From positions 186,001 through 250,000 of the forward strand of contig JASANG010002125.1 of NCBI GenBank assembly GCA_030248215.1: a stretch of DNA of 64,000 nucleotides, read 5' to 3'. The DNA is from Enoplolaimus lenunculus. Taxonomy: Eukaryota. The notes beneath the pieces were generated by a model. That model was given only the letters and a program-made list of their open reading frames with translations. It was not told the DNA's origin and searched no databases. Below are positions 25,085-36,900 of the stretch, piece by piece (within the stretch, counting starts at the first letter, position 1; each line of letters opens with the position of its first letter). The translations under genes were made by a program, and so were the position numbers.

Positions 25085-26054
25085 GTGTATTTTGAACATA
25101 CTTTAATTCGAATAAGTAGTCTGATGCCAATGGGACAAATAAAGACAATTCAAATTTTTGTTTTTCACACGATGTACTCATGGAATAATTAATTCATACA
25201 CGCGAACCTTTACTTTTGGAACATTTGCCTGTTTTCGGAAGTTACTTTTGTTGTTGCTGTCTTGTTTACAAGTTCTCGACGATGTATAAAATAAACAAAA
25301 CTCAGGTATATCCTACAATTTGAGAGTAGGTTGCAAGCGTAAACACGGCCTACTTTGAAATATAGCGGTTCACATGAAACTTTCACATAGAAAACGTCTA
25401 AACAAACGCACGTACGCTAGTCAACACCGTTCCGCGGCCAGAGGGTGGCCGGGGTGGTGCCTCACGCCGCCTTCAAGAGAATTTAGGCCGTCTGAGAAAA
25501 TTTTCAAGCTTGTTTGTAAACTCATCGAAAACCCTTGTATACCCCTCTTGAAAATGGTTTAGCCTCCATAGCAGTGTGACCTGGCTACGGGCCTACTCAG
25601 CACGTGACATCAAGCTGGTGTAAAAATGTTAACTTTTGCACGGTTTAACGCTTTGGCACCACGTCAACACAGCCGTAACCTGCTCAACATGATTTAGCGT
25701 TAGTTGACAAGCGAGGCTAAAACTTTTCAGGGGGGAATGAACGCTTCTTGCTCCCTTAGCTATGGATCGAAGACACACAACAGTATAGTGCAATTTATAT
25801 ACGGTGTGGCACTGGACTACCAAACTTGCGATAATAAATGAAAGATATTGAAATGAAGCACATAAAACCAAAAATCTGCTCAGGTAAACGGTTCAGGGGT
25901 GTGAGCAAGGGGGATATATCCCCATATCGAAATTATGTACTAGAGACATAAGAAAAAACGCAAGTTCATCTACGTTCAGAACAGCCTTTTGAATGCGAGA
26001 AGTCAAAAAAATTACACGACGTTATACTATTCCAAATTAAAATCCTGGCTACGC

Positions 26055-26223
26055 CGGGGCCGTAGCCAAGGAGAGGGCCAGGGGGTGCTCAGCCACCTCC
26101 CTGGATATTTTAACCCCCTCCCGTTGAAAGTTTTCAACCTTGCTTGTCAATCATTGAAAACCCTTGAATGCCCTCCTGAAAAATGATTAGCCGCTCTAGC
26201 AAGGTGAGCTGGCTACGAGCCTG
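26055..26223. mobile_element. hAT-like MITE, TSD GGCTACGC/GGCTACTC
   Basis: Same family as 5161-5331, opposite orientation. Confidence 0.82.
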
Positions 26224-28289
26224 GGCTACTCGCATGAAAAATTCATCGTTGCTAGCCGCGGTAGACGCTGCCCACTAGCGTCCTCCCAGTTGCGCTGGTG
26301 GCTGGCACGTACATACCGGTCTAAAAGTGTATACCGGAAACCGAAAATACAAAGCTAAAAACACTCCAGGTGGTCAGTATCACACTGGCACTTTATCGAA
26401 CCAGTATCATGGCAAACAAATATAAAATTTCTGATACATGGGCACCCATGGAATATTGTGTAAGCCTATTCAAGTCTGGTCCGGTAGAAATAAATCTTAA
26501 CCCAGCTGCAGCAGTTGTAAATTTCCAAATTAATAAACTCAGTTTATCTTATAGCTGAATAAAAAGCAGTCTACGTAACGCAAGCGAGTGCACCCGAATA
26601 CCCATGCATATGCCGACATCGACGGTAAAGATACTTGTGTTGTTTTGAGCAACACAAAACCAACCCTTAACGGGGTTTAAATTTCAAAAGTTATTTTTCT
26701 ACCGGAAAATGAATGAGTTTCGAAAGCAAACACGGCAAAGATATTTAGTAGAACCAAGGGCGTAGCCATGAAGATTCCAATTTAGTAAGGTTGCTGAGAG
26801 CGAGTGTAGCTAGCGAAAAATATTTTGACTTCTTGGAACCAACATGGCTATATGCTAAGCTTGCAAATGTGCCTTTTTCTCGTCGCTGAATTTTGGAGAC
26901 ATAACTTTATCGACCCTACGCCTATTTTGTCCACATTCCTGAAACGCTAAATTATACTTGTTTCTTAATCGTTTTAACTGCGTTGCGGTCTGTGAACACT
27001 TATTGGAAGTGTTTTCAACAGATAAACCTTACTACGGAACTAGTGAAATTTAAATTTTTCACAAAATAATCTGCAAAATCTGCAGCTACAGGCTGCCATT
27101 TAAAAGTTTCAGATTATGAAGCAAAAATCTTCAAGCCCTACTTTACTTGAACAAAGAAGTAGAAATTTTTAGTAGAAGTTTCCAACGGGGACTTCAATTG
27201 GGATTTTGAGCCAGTCTATGTCAGTAATACCAAGAGTGCGTAATACAAGAGTTTGCAACTCTTGGGGCTCCGCGTGGCGTGTCGGGTACGTTATTTTCTA
27301 TACAGAATATACTCAGTTGCATATTCTAGTTGAAGTATCAACCACTATTGGCAATATCAACCTGGGGAACATTTAGGCAGTTCAGAGAACTTGTACACTT
27401 TCCCATCGTATTTTAGTCCATAGGGTTATACTAAGACTTAAGATTAGGTCTAGTTGAGCGAATTCAAGGTTTATCTACGTACCATTAGCATCTAATCTTA
27501 GGCTTATACTTAGCCTTAGAAATAGGCTTCGTTGTAGCTATGTTATTAAAGCGTTTAAAGCAAAATGCTTTTAAAACAATTAAAATGACAAATTGCCAAT
27601 CGACACTAAACTACAACGTTCGTCGATACTCGCGCTACGCATTCTATGATGCGATTCAGCACGTGAATACCGTTTCCGCTTTTACGACGTTGACCAAGAA
27701 GAATATTGATTTGTCAGGAAGTGGCCAATATTATGCAATTGCAAAAAAACTGACTTTCTACTGCGACGCATATCTGCTGAGCTGTACGAGATACAATTAT
27801 ATAGTGACAGTTTATAAATTGCGGTTCGCTGCAGTAGATTGTATTGGCGCATAATTACTTTATTTTTCATGCCATTGGGCAAAAAAACAACAATGTTTGC
27901 TGGAAATTTTAGTTGCAAGTTTAGCAACGTCTTCAAATTTGTCACTTCCATGTCGAAATAGAAAAAATGCTGAAATATTCATACACTTTATTTTATACAT
28001 TTGAGCAAACCGTCGTACATCAAAGGATTGACCGCTGAAGCCCGACGCCAGCTCGCCTTGCCAGCGGGGGGCTAAAATTTTTTCAGGAATGGCATTCAAG
28101 GATTTTCAATAACTTACAAGCATGGTTGAAAATTTTCTAGGGGAGTCAAAGATTTTTCAGGGGAAACTGGCCTCGCGCCTCCCCCCTGGGCACCCTCTTG
28201 GCTACGGGCCCATGGCCGGTCCGCAGTACGATCAGTTGGGACAAACTGTCACCCTAGTTGTTCAAAACTTGACCTATTATAAAGATTTC

Positions 28290-28460
28290 GGTTAGCTAAA
28301 GATCAGGGGCGGAATGTTTTTGTGTGGGACTAGAATAGAGTAAGCTTAAGCCTTAGACTAATTTTTTGTTTACGCTTAGGCTTACATATAACATCATTCA
28401 TACGCCTAGGCTGCACACTTACGCTTAGGAATATGATTGTACTACTGATACGACCGTGTT
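28290..28460. mobile_element. Degenerate TTAGGC-MITE
   Basis: TAAAGATCAGGGGCGGAA...AATAGAGTAAGCTTAAGC. Confidence 0.65.
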
Positions 28461-29244
28461 TTGCAGAATTTCAAACCGAAAATTTCATACAAAACTACAA
28501 GTTGTTTTAAGCACAAGTCAGTTGATATTAGCCTCTTTATGACTGTGTATTTCTTATAAATCTCTTTGCGACCAAAGTTTAAGTGTAAATTATTTATCGA
28601 GTTTTTAGAACCGCAAACTATAGAACAAACCGCTGGTTGTTTAAAACCAAATACACAAAATACGGTTTTGTTAGTGATGTGATGTCTTGCTCCTTTTATG
28701 CGCCGGGTACAATGTGCTGAATTTAGACATAAAATGCCATTCTGATGTTTTTTGTCTTGATTTTCAACCGGTCCCTGGGACAAGTAACTTATAACCTTAA
28801 ATATTTCAATATAAGTCCGAACTGTACAATAGTTAAAATTTTCATTCATTTGATGTTGCTAAAAAATTCAAACTAAATTCCGCGTCGAACTCTAGTTTGC
28901 CAATAAATTTCAAGGTTTGTCTGTCCACCCGATGTCATATCCTGATTTTAACGTTAATGTCGAATCGACAGCATGCGACAAATCGTGACCAACCTGCCCC
29001 GGTTATAACGTGAACCATTCCACATGAAGTATTCCCTATAACGCATCAATTATGGAATGCAGTTTGTACAGCAATTAGCGAAATATAACAGGGGGTTCAT
29101 ACAGTACAGTTTGTTACTGCTGCATATATAATCCGTGGTCACTAAAAAGGTCAACACGATATGATTTTATTACAAATTTGCATTCAAAATATAAAACCAC
29201 ACTGAAGATTGTGAACGTGACAATTGGTGCAGTATAAAGCTTAA

Positions 29245-29507
29245 CCCCTTCTGACATTGAGTTGCCTAAAAGCAACTCAGCGCAGTGTATATACGTTAAA
29301 TAATATATATCGCACCGTGTTTAACAATTGCAACACGTATACATAGTACTAATTCACCACAAGACGTGCGAGCCCCCTTGGGCTCGAATGTCGAGCTCCT
29401 ATAGCTGAGTGGTGATGGTATACGCCTCCCACTCCAGTCACTGGAGTTCGAATCCTAGCACAAAAGTATGTCTCAGGGGAAATAGAAAATATTCATGTGA
29501 GAAAGGG
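29245..29507. mobile_element. piggyBac-like MITE (TTAA TSD) containing a tRNA-like A/B-box cassette
   Basis: TTAA|CCCCTTCT...AGAAAGGG|TTAA; near-identical copy at 62715-62977. Confidence 0.88.
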
Positions 29508-29552
29508 TTAATGAAAATCTACAATTGACTTGCTTAAAGGGTTAAGAATATT

Positions 29553-29735
29553 TGCCAATGTTAGTTTCAGGGCCATAACATTAGATTAAGGGTATTCCTA
29601 TGCCTAAACCTAAATAGCCTAACCATCGAAAATAAGTGTATTTCGAAGCGTAAGCCTAAACAAAAAGAAGTTTAGAAAAGACTACTGTTTTACAGATCCA
29701 TCAGAAACCGGAACAGCGCTAAAAGTAACACGGGC
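29553..29735. mobile_element. TTAGGC-MITE (GTTAC subtype)
   Basis: GCCAATGTTAG...AAAGTAACACGGGCC. Confidence 0.7.
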
Positions 29736-30541
29736 CAAAACGGATGCCAACATTATTTATCGCGAGAAGTTGAAATTGTCCAGTCTTCTAACCAAATAGT
29801 GAGTAAATATGTCCAAGGAACATTTTTGACATACTTAAACTGGCATAATCGTGTAGGTTCTACGTTAAACTATATATATTTTAGGAACATAAATATTGCC
29901 TTTTGCTTACATGAACACCAGCATTGTTCCGGTCTCTTTTCGCCATAAGAGTTCGCGACAGCTTTTGCTCGAACGCAACGTAGATCTTGGCCAAAATCAC
30001 GTCTTACAACACTGGAGAAACCAAGAAAAATTTAGCATTTCAGGCTCAAATTTGTGGATTAGATTTTTCCTAATATTAATGTTTAGATCGTATCGCAAGA
30101 AATCACAGGCTGATCGAAATTACTTTCAAGTTGACCTTTCAGAGAAAGTCAGAAGATAACGCAATATTCACAGTAAAAACTTTTTAAGCCGCTGTCTGGA
30201 ATACTAGACAGCGTAAAATCAATGTTAACGAGTGTCAATTTTAAATCTGATCTCTTGGGTAATCCTACAGTATCGTCTACATGTTTCAGTAGCGTCTACC
30301 CTGCCGTAATACATGTCACAAGACATTTCGAGACACGTGTTACTGCAGGGTAGAGGCAGACCCTTGAATGAGGTTGTCATGCTGAGGCAAAACAATTTTA
30401 GGAGAGATGTTGTTAATTTCGCAAGAGCTTACATGCGAGGTTAAACTCATCTTGAGGGCTGCGGAGCCTACCGCTGTCCTTACCATCTTTTACCTAACGG
30501 CCTGGTTAGGGTTGTTTGACTTGTTACAGCGTACAAGTATG

Positions 30542-30852
30542 CATTAGCGGATCCAAAGGAGGGGGGGCGTACGCACCCCCCGTCAGAAATTTTTTGTGTT
30601 AAAATGGTAAGGTCAGGTCCCTGCTGCTACAATTGTTGCCCACAGAAAATTGTTTTGTAAAAAACACAACTTTTACAACTTTTCCCGCAGAATTTGTTTT
30701 GTGATAAAATGATGACGTCTCTACCTGACTATTTTTCGCCGTCATAAAATTTTTTGGTGATAAAATGATACGGTTTCTATCGTACAATTTTTTCGTTTCA
30801 TAACATTTGCTTGCTCGCCGCCTGCCGTCAAAAATTTCTGGATCCGCTTCAG
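30542..30852. mobile_element. hAT-like MITE (GCGGATCC termini)
   Basis: TSD CAAGTATG/CAAGCATG. Confidence 0.72.
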
Positions 30853-31507
30853 CAAGCATGCGACGTTTAAACATCAAACATCAGAACATTAAATAATTAC
30901 AAATAATTATAAAACTATATATGATACATTTAAAAGTTCAAAATAATAGCTATGTCAATATTAGTTGCGGTTTGAAACCCGCACAGTCTCAAGTAACCCC
31001 AAAAGAGAGGAATATGTTTAAATTTTTATAGTCAGACTGAAGGAATACAACATATATAGCAACAGTTAATTGTATAAGCCGAAAAATAGTTTTCAAGATT
31101 GTTTATTCCGAGATGATTTGTTTTTAAAATTAGCCAATTTTATTCAAATGCCGGCTCGCGAAAAGGCCAGCTGAAAAACTGGTGGTTCAAGGTTTTGACT
31201 GACATTTTTAGATTTGAGATAAATCGGTAATGTTTTATGCGAAAATGGGTTCAAATCGAAGTTCAGCGCAAAGGCTTACAACAAAATTAATTTTGTACTT
31301 GCGCCTATGTGGATTGTTTTAATTAGCGAAGCCTAATTTAAGCCAAAATTATGCATTTAATAGCAAGATGCCACATGCACTTGACAATAAAACAAATTGC
31401 AGTCACAGAATCACACAAGTATTAGTTTGCACAATACTGTATAGTTAAAATGTGAATTTTGTGTATATAGAAATGCTGAATTTAGATGATGTGTGACGAC
31501 ATATTTT

Positions 31508-31667
31508 GGCCCATGTAAAGATCAGGAACGGAACGTTTTTCTGCGGAACTGCAATGGAATAACTTCAATCTTTACAACTGATTTTTTGCTTACGATACTT
31601 AGACTTAGGTTTAGGCGTTTAGATACGGTTATTCTACAGTTTTACGGCCGCGTTCTATACATTTGCC
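31508..31667. mobile_element. TTAGGC-MITE ~110 bp downstream of the sGC stop, TSD CATATTTT
   Basis: TIRs plus identical 8-bp flanks. Confidence 0.85.
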
Positions 31668-31780
31668 CATATTTTTCAAAATATCTACTCAGCAACGCGA
31701 AACGCGACGCAAAGACCAATCACCAACGGACAATAGTTGCCATACGATCGTCTTCCAATATTAAAACCAACTGCGATCGG

Positions 31781-33946
31781 TTACAAAATTGCGCAAGCGT
31801 CCGTTTGAACATCACCGCATAACAGATTTGACGTTCTGCCCCCTGACGATTCATCAGTGCCGCTGTCGACAATCACAGTAACTGTACCGTTTTGTGGTGC
31901 TGCCGATTGTACTGTTTGGCTCTCGTTTCCAGACCTGAACTTCCGAGGCTCTTCGTGAATCCATTTCGACGGGCTTTCAAATTGATCTGCGGACTGTTTT
32001 CGATTTGTTCCTGGCTGTTTTGTTGCTTCTTCTGTTGTTGTCAAATCTGGCTCACTTGATGATCGTAGCCGCTGACGGCGATGAACTTTTGCTATCGTTT
32101 CATCGTTTTCGTTGTTTTTGTTTTCTTTTATTAATTTATGATCTGCGACTGTTGTGTTTGCGTTTTTGCTATCGAACGTCAGCTTTGGCGTGACATCATC
32201 ACGTACAGACTTGTCTTGTTTGCTTGTTGTAGACATCGTGTCTCCTGGTATCTTTATGTCTCCCGGATTGGACCCCGGGTCTGTTGGTTTCTTCGCTTTT
32301 CGTTTCACCTTTTTCACTGGTTTTTTGCTACGAACTTGAAGCGTTTGTTTTCCACCGTCGGATATATCGCTTGCGTCAGATGCAGCTGAAGATTGTTGAG
32401 AATCGACCTGGCGTTGGGGTTTAGCGTCGTTCCGTGGCTGTGCGGGGATAACTTTGGCTACTTCGCTTGTCTGCCATTGACTAACACCTTTAGTTTTGCC
32501 AGATTCAGTACTATTTGATTGAGCCAGCCTTCCAATCGCAGCATTTACGATGCTTTCTTGTACTGAGCGAACAAATTGTTTCGTTTCAGAGGTAGGACTT
32601 GACGTTTTGCTTCCTTCTGCAGAGCCATCGTTGTTTGCCGTTGTCGGTACGTTTGATGATGTCCGAGCAGGTGGCACCTTTGATGTTGTTCGAGTAGGAA
32701 TTGAAATGTTTATATGCGGCATTCCATCGGTTGTTGACGCATTGCTGAGTTCACTGTTTGTTCGGCTTCCCACATCCGACTGATCTGATGAATGACTAAT
32801 CACTGAACTGGCGTCTGTATTACTGTCGGCTCCAGCTCTATCGGTGACTAAGTTAAGCTCTGCTGGCGTCCGATGCTTTTTTCGTTTAATCGTTGTTGAT
32901 ACTTTGACACGAATGCTGCCTTCGGTGGTCGAAACGGCCATTTTTTCGTCCAATTTTGACGACTTCTTATCGGATTTGGAGGATGAGCTGCTGCTGCCGC
33001 CGTACTTTTCGTACGCCATATTTGCGTTATGATCCGGAACGTCTAGTAAGCCGACACTACTGGATACAGCAAATGGTTCCAGACGCCTGTGGTATTTGTT
33101 CATTGTCGGCTTGTTTGATGATAGCTTGACGGCGGTTGGTTCTTTGATGATTGGAGGCACCAGTATAGGCGGAGCCGGTTTTGTTACAGTTTCGTTTGTG
33201 TCATCTTCGCGATTACCGACTGGTTCTCTTTGTCTCTCAGTGATCTGTTCGATGTCTGCTACTGGTTGCTTTCCATCTGACGCAGGTTTTGAACTTTCGC
33301 TTTCATTAGTTTGATCGTTTTGAGTAGTCAGAGATATTTCTGTAAGCTGTGATTTTTCTGCCACCAGTTCTGCTGGCTTTGTTTGTTTTGTTTTTTGATT
33401 TGATTTCACTTTTTCGCCGCTTGCTGTTGGTTGTGGCTTGAGCGCCGGCTTTAATTCATCTTTTGCTGAACTGATCGGCGCGTCTTTGATGTCCTCACCT
33501 GCTGTATCGCCGCTATTTTCTTTGGTCTGAGTCGCCGGAGTTGTTGTTGACGCCTGGTCGACTTCAGTTGGTTTGTTGTTGCTGTTCGCAAATGCCGATG
33601 GATGATTGGTTTTGAATCGAGATGCCGCGTTTGGCTGGACGTTTTGGTGATGTTTCGTGGTAAAATGTTCAAACGGTTTTTCAGGTTCTGTTCCGCTTTT
33701 AATTTGAATTTGTTTTTCGCCACTTTTTGCGATCGGAGACGGCGTTTCGGCGAATCTGGTGATCGCGTTTTGATTCGATTGTGCCAAACCAAGTGCGTTT
33801 GTGTCGGTGTTGCTTTTTGGTGCAGCGTTAGGAAAATACACAGTGGTTGCAGTGGGTGCATTTGGTGATGACGAGTGCATACCGTGATTATGACGTGATA
33901 AATCAAAAATACTCTCTGACGGCTGTGGTTCTTCATGCGCGAGCGT
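31781..33946 (-). CDS. gcy-33: sGC terminal exon 14: low-complexity region ending ...QTDACAIL* (CaaX)
   Basis: ATTTCAG|ACG at 33946 (phase 0) inside the 726-aa ORF; same composition as exon 13; C-terminal CAIL. Confidence 0.78.
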   Translation of the reverse strand, partial: TLAHEEPQPSESIFDLSRHNHGMHSSSPNAPTATTVYFPNAAPKSNTDTNALGLAQSNQNAITRFAETPSPIAKSGEKQIQIKSGTEPEKPFEHFTTKHHQNVQPNAASRFKTNHPSAFANSNNKPTEVDQASTTTPATQTKENSGDTAGEDIKDAPISSAKDELKPALKPQPTASGEKVKSNQKTKQTKPAELVAEKSQLTEISLTTQNDQTNESESSKPASDGKQPVADIEQITERQREPVGNREDDTNETVTKPAPPILVPPIIKEPTAVKLSSNKPTMNKYHRRLEPFAVSSSVGLLDVPDHNANMAYEKYGGSSSSSSKSDKKSSKLDEKMAVSTTEGSIRVKVSTTIKRKKHRTPAELNLVTDRAGADSNTDASSVISHSSDQSDVGSRTNSELSNASTTDGMPHINISIPTRTTSKVPPARTSSNVPTTANNDGSAEGSKTSSPTSETKQFVRSVQESIVNAAIGRLAQSNSTESGKTKGVSQWQTSEVAKVIPAQPRNDAKPQRQVDSQQSSAASDASDISDGGKQTLQVRSKKPVKKVKRKAKKPTDPGSNPGDIKIPGDTMSTTSKQDKSVRDDVTPKLTFDSKNANTTVADHKLIKENKNNENDETIAKVHRRQRLRSSSEPDLTTTEEATKQPGTNRKQSADQFESPSKWIHEEPRKFRSGNESQTVQSAAPQNGTVTVIVDSGTDESSGGRTSNLLCGDVQTDACAIL

Positions 33947-36900
33947 CTGAAATTGAATCAAAATTGAATAAATGATTTCGTTTCACTATAGCAATTTTCA
34001 ATTTAAGCTAAAAGTTTACTTCAGCGTTCAGGGCCGCTCGTTCAACGAATGTCACGATAATTTTAACGACAACTACTGTGAGTCTTTTTGTACTCTCTAT
34101 TAACAGTATGGTACACACAACAAAGTATTTCTGAATTTATTCTGAAAAGTGTTTTCAGTGGCAAATCTGAAAAGTTTTGCTGATATTTAAGATAATTTTT
34201 CTAAAAATAACTGGAAAACGTTTATTTTTAGACTTTATTTCAAAACGTTTTTTAAAAACATTTCTGTTATAACAGAAATACTTTTCAAGTGCACCTTGCT
34301 AATTATATTCCTCAAATGTAAGAAATTTTTTCTTAAATATCAGAAACATTATTTTGAGTGTAGCTGGGCTAGAAGAAAATTTCTTATCTTGGAAACAAAC
34401 GTAAAATAGTTCAACCAAATAGAAAAAAGTAATAGTTAAAGTTATTCCTGATCTGAAAGTAAATTATAAACGTTTAGGTCGGTGTATATAGCTAAAATTG
34501 AACTAATTGTTGACTAGTTTTGACTATCTATACATTAGGCTTAGATACGAACTAGACAAGTTCCATCTCAAATACCGTGACTGTAGTTACACAACAGGAC
34601 TACGGCAGACAAGCCATTTATTGAATTTCTTATTGATGTTTAACTCAAGTTTATTTACGTGTGTCCTGAAAGCCTGTAATGGTGTTTGAGCGTTATTTTT
34701 AATAATTTTTTAAATTATGACCCTGTTTTACTTTCAAATTTCTTAAGCGGCGCACATCCCCGCTTTTTGCGCCCTTGATTCTATTTACTGTAATTTTGAG
34801 ACACCCTGAGTGTCAATGCAAGAAGCCAGGAGACGGTGAGTGAATTTTTTACTAATTTAAATTTAGACTCAATTGATTGCGATTCTATAATAATACAGCT
34901 ATGGTAATATAGCTGCGAATACTGAGGGTGTAAACAGTAATGGTCTATTCGGTAAATGTCATCAAAACATTACAACTTCTAAAATTTTACCCTATATTTC
35001 ATTATTTACCATTTTCAATATTTATCAGGGTTCGAGCTGATGATTCTAGACTTATAAGGAGAACATAGCGTAGTCATTGAACTGATATATTTTTGTGTCT
35101 GTACCAAAGCCCATAACGTCCTGTTTTTGGGACTAGAAAAAATACCGAAACCGGATGTAAATGGAGCGGAATAATTGTTGTACCTTTGGTTAAAAGACCG
35201 GTCGGTTTTCTTTCAATTCTGATTTGTTCAATTAACTAAACTTCATTTGATTTTAAAATACTGTTTAGTTGGCCAGTGTATATAACAGGGCCGGAACAGT
35301 AAGCATATTACTAAGCCAAACCTAAGCCTAAGCCGAAGCGTAAGAATGAGCCTATATCTAAGCCTAAGCCTAAGCCTAAGCCGAAGCAAAAACTTAGTCT
35401 AATGCTTAAGCTTACTCTATTACAGACCCGCTGGAAAAGGTTCCGGCCCTGTTCTATACATGGGCTGTTTAGTTTTCATAATCAAATAGCATTATGAGCT
35501 AATCGTCAATGTATATTAGTAAGGTTTTCTTTATTGTATTCTTGTATTGGTAATTTTAGTTTTAAAATTTGCCATTAGCTATTATTTTGACTGTTATATT
35601 GGTTTATGTTGTTTTTGATAAACCCTAATTATACGGTGAAGTACACACTGTTTGAACGCTATAAATCAACACCCAGACATAGTACGAAAGGCCCAAAATT
35701 AAGTTGACTGTCCATCCACTAAAGTCAATACCTTTTATGCATTTTGAGTACCACAGTTGAATATCGTAAACCTAAGCCGCAAAGCAAGCCTCCATCTACA
35801 TATAAAGCCTAAGTTCTGCACTAAAATCGCAAACAGCCAAAAGTTTGCAATGGTTTTAAAATCGGTAAAATCAAGTGGGTTTGGTGCCACCCTTAAGGTT
35901 CATACTCGTCGGCGGCACCTACGATAAGTTTCATAACAACAACAAAGCAATAAAAATTCCACAACATCCTCTACTAATGACAACAGGCCCAACAACGTTT
36001 GACTCAAAAGTTAACTGTCGACCAAATGAGCAAGTTTATCATTTCGATGGCAAAATAATTTTTAAAATTTAATTTCAAATTCTGAAAAAAATTTCAATTT
36101 GTTAAATACACCTGTGAAAATAAACCGAAATCAGATTTTTTGTTAAATACCGTTTTTTTGTTTTGCTTTTCGTCAACGGTTCTTGCGCCAAATGTCATTA
36201 GGTCTGCTGCGGATATTAATATTGACAATGATTATTGTCATGAAACGTACCGTTGGCAACGCGAATGGCAGCACCACTTCACGGTCGAGCGAGTCTGCGC
36301 TTTCTGGTCGATTTCGTGTACTCCGAACTGTAGTTAATTTTGCAGTTTTGGCATTAAAGTCGTCGACAACTGATTGTGATATTGCGGTTTCGCTTTGTGT
36401 TACGCTGTCTGCGTCAACAGACGCTTTTGATGAGTCCACGTTTTCCTGCAGTGTGTCGATTTTGTCTTTGATTTTGTCGGTCTTCTTGTTTGATGTGTCG
36501 GTTTTTTCTTTTGACGTGTGGAATTTCTCTTTTGATGTGTCTGTGATCACGGTCGTAGTGTCGACGAACGCTTTTGATGTATCGGCAGATTTTTGCATCA
36601 CAGATTCCAACAATGTTGACGCCAACCCGGAACTGGTTGAAATGTCAGACGCTACAGAGTTTCGATTTTCAACATCAGAGTCTGATCTAGTGATTGCGCT
36701 TGAAGTGTCAGTTTCACGATCGCTATCCGAATCTGTTGTGATTTGCTCCCGGCGCCCAGGGATTTTAGTTTTCAACCGGTCGGTTTGAACTTTCATCGAT
36801 GGATCCGGTGGCAAAGGCGGGGTTCCAGCTCGCGCACGATATTCTTTTCCGTCTAGTTTACCGGGTCGCTGTACCATTGGCGCTGTTATGGTGACGTGTC

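Noticed and set aside
36151..36250. Possible extra micro-exon ([19 protein letters not shown]) or a stop at 36173 after exon 13
   Set aside because: The micro-exon needs phase 1 but the available donors are phase 0. Direct splicing 36251->33946 keeps frame. A read-through isoform lacking the CaaX cannot be excluded.
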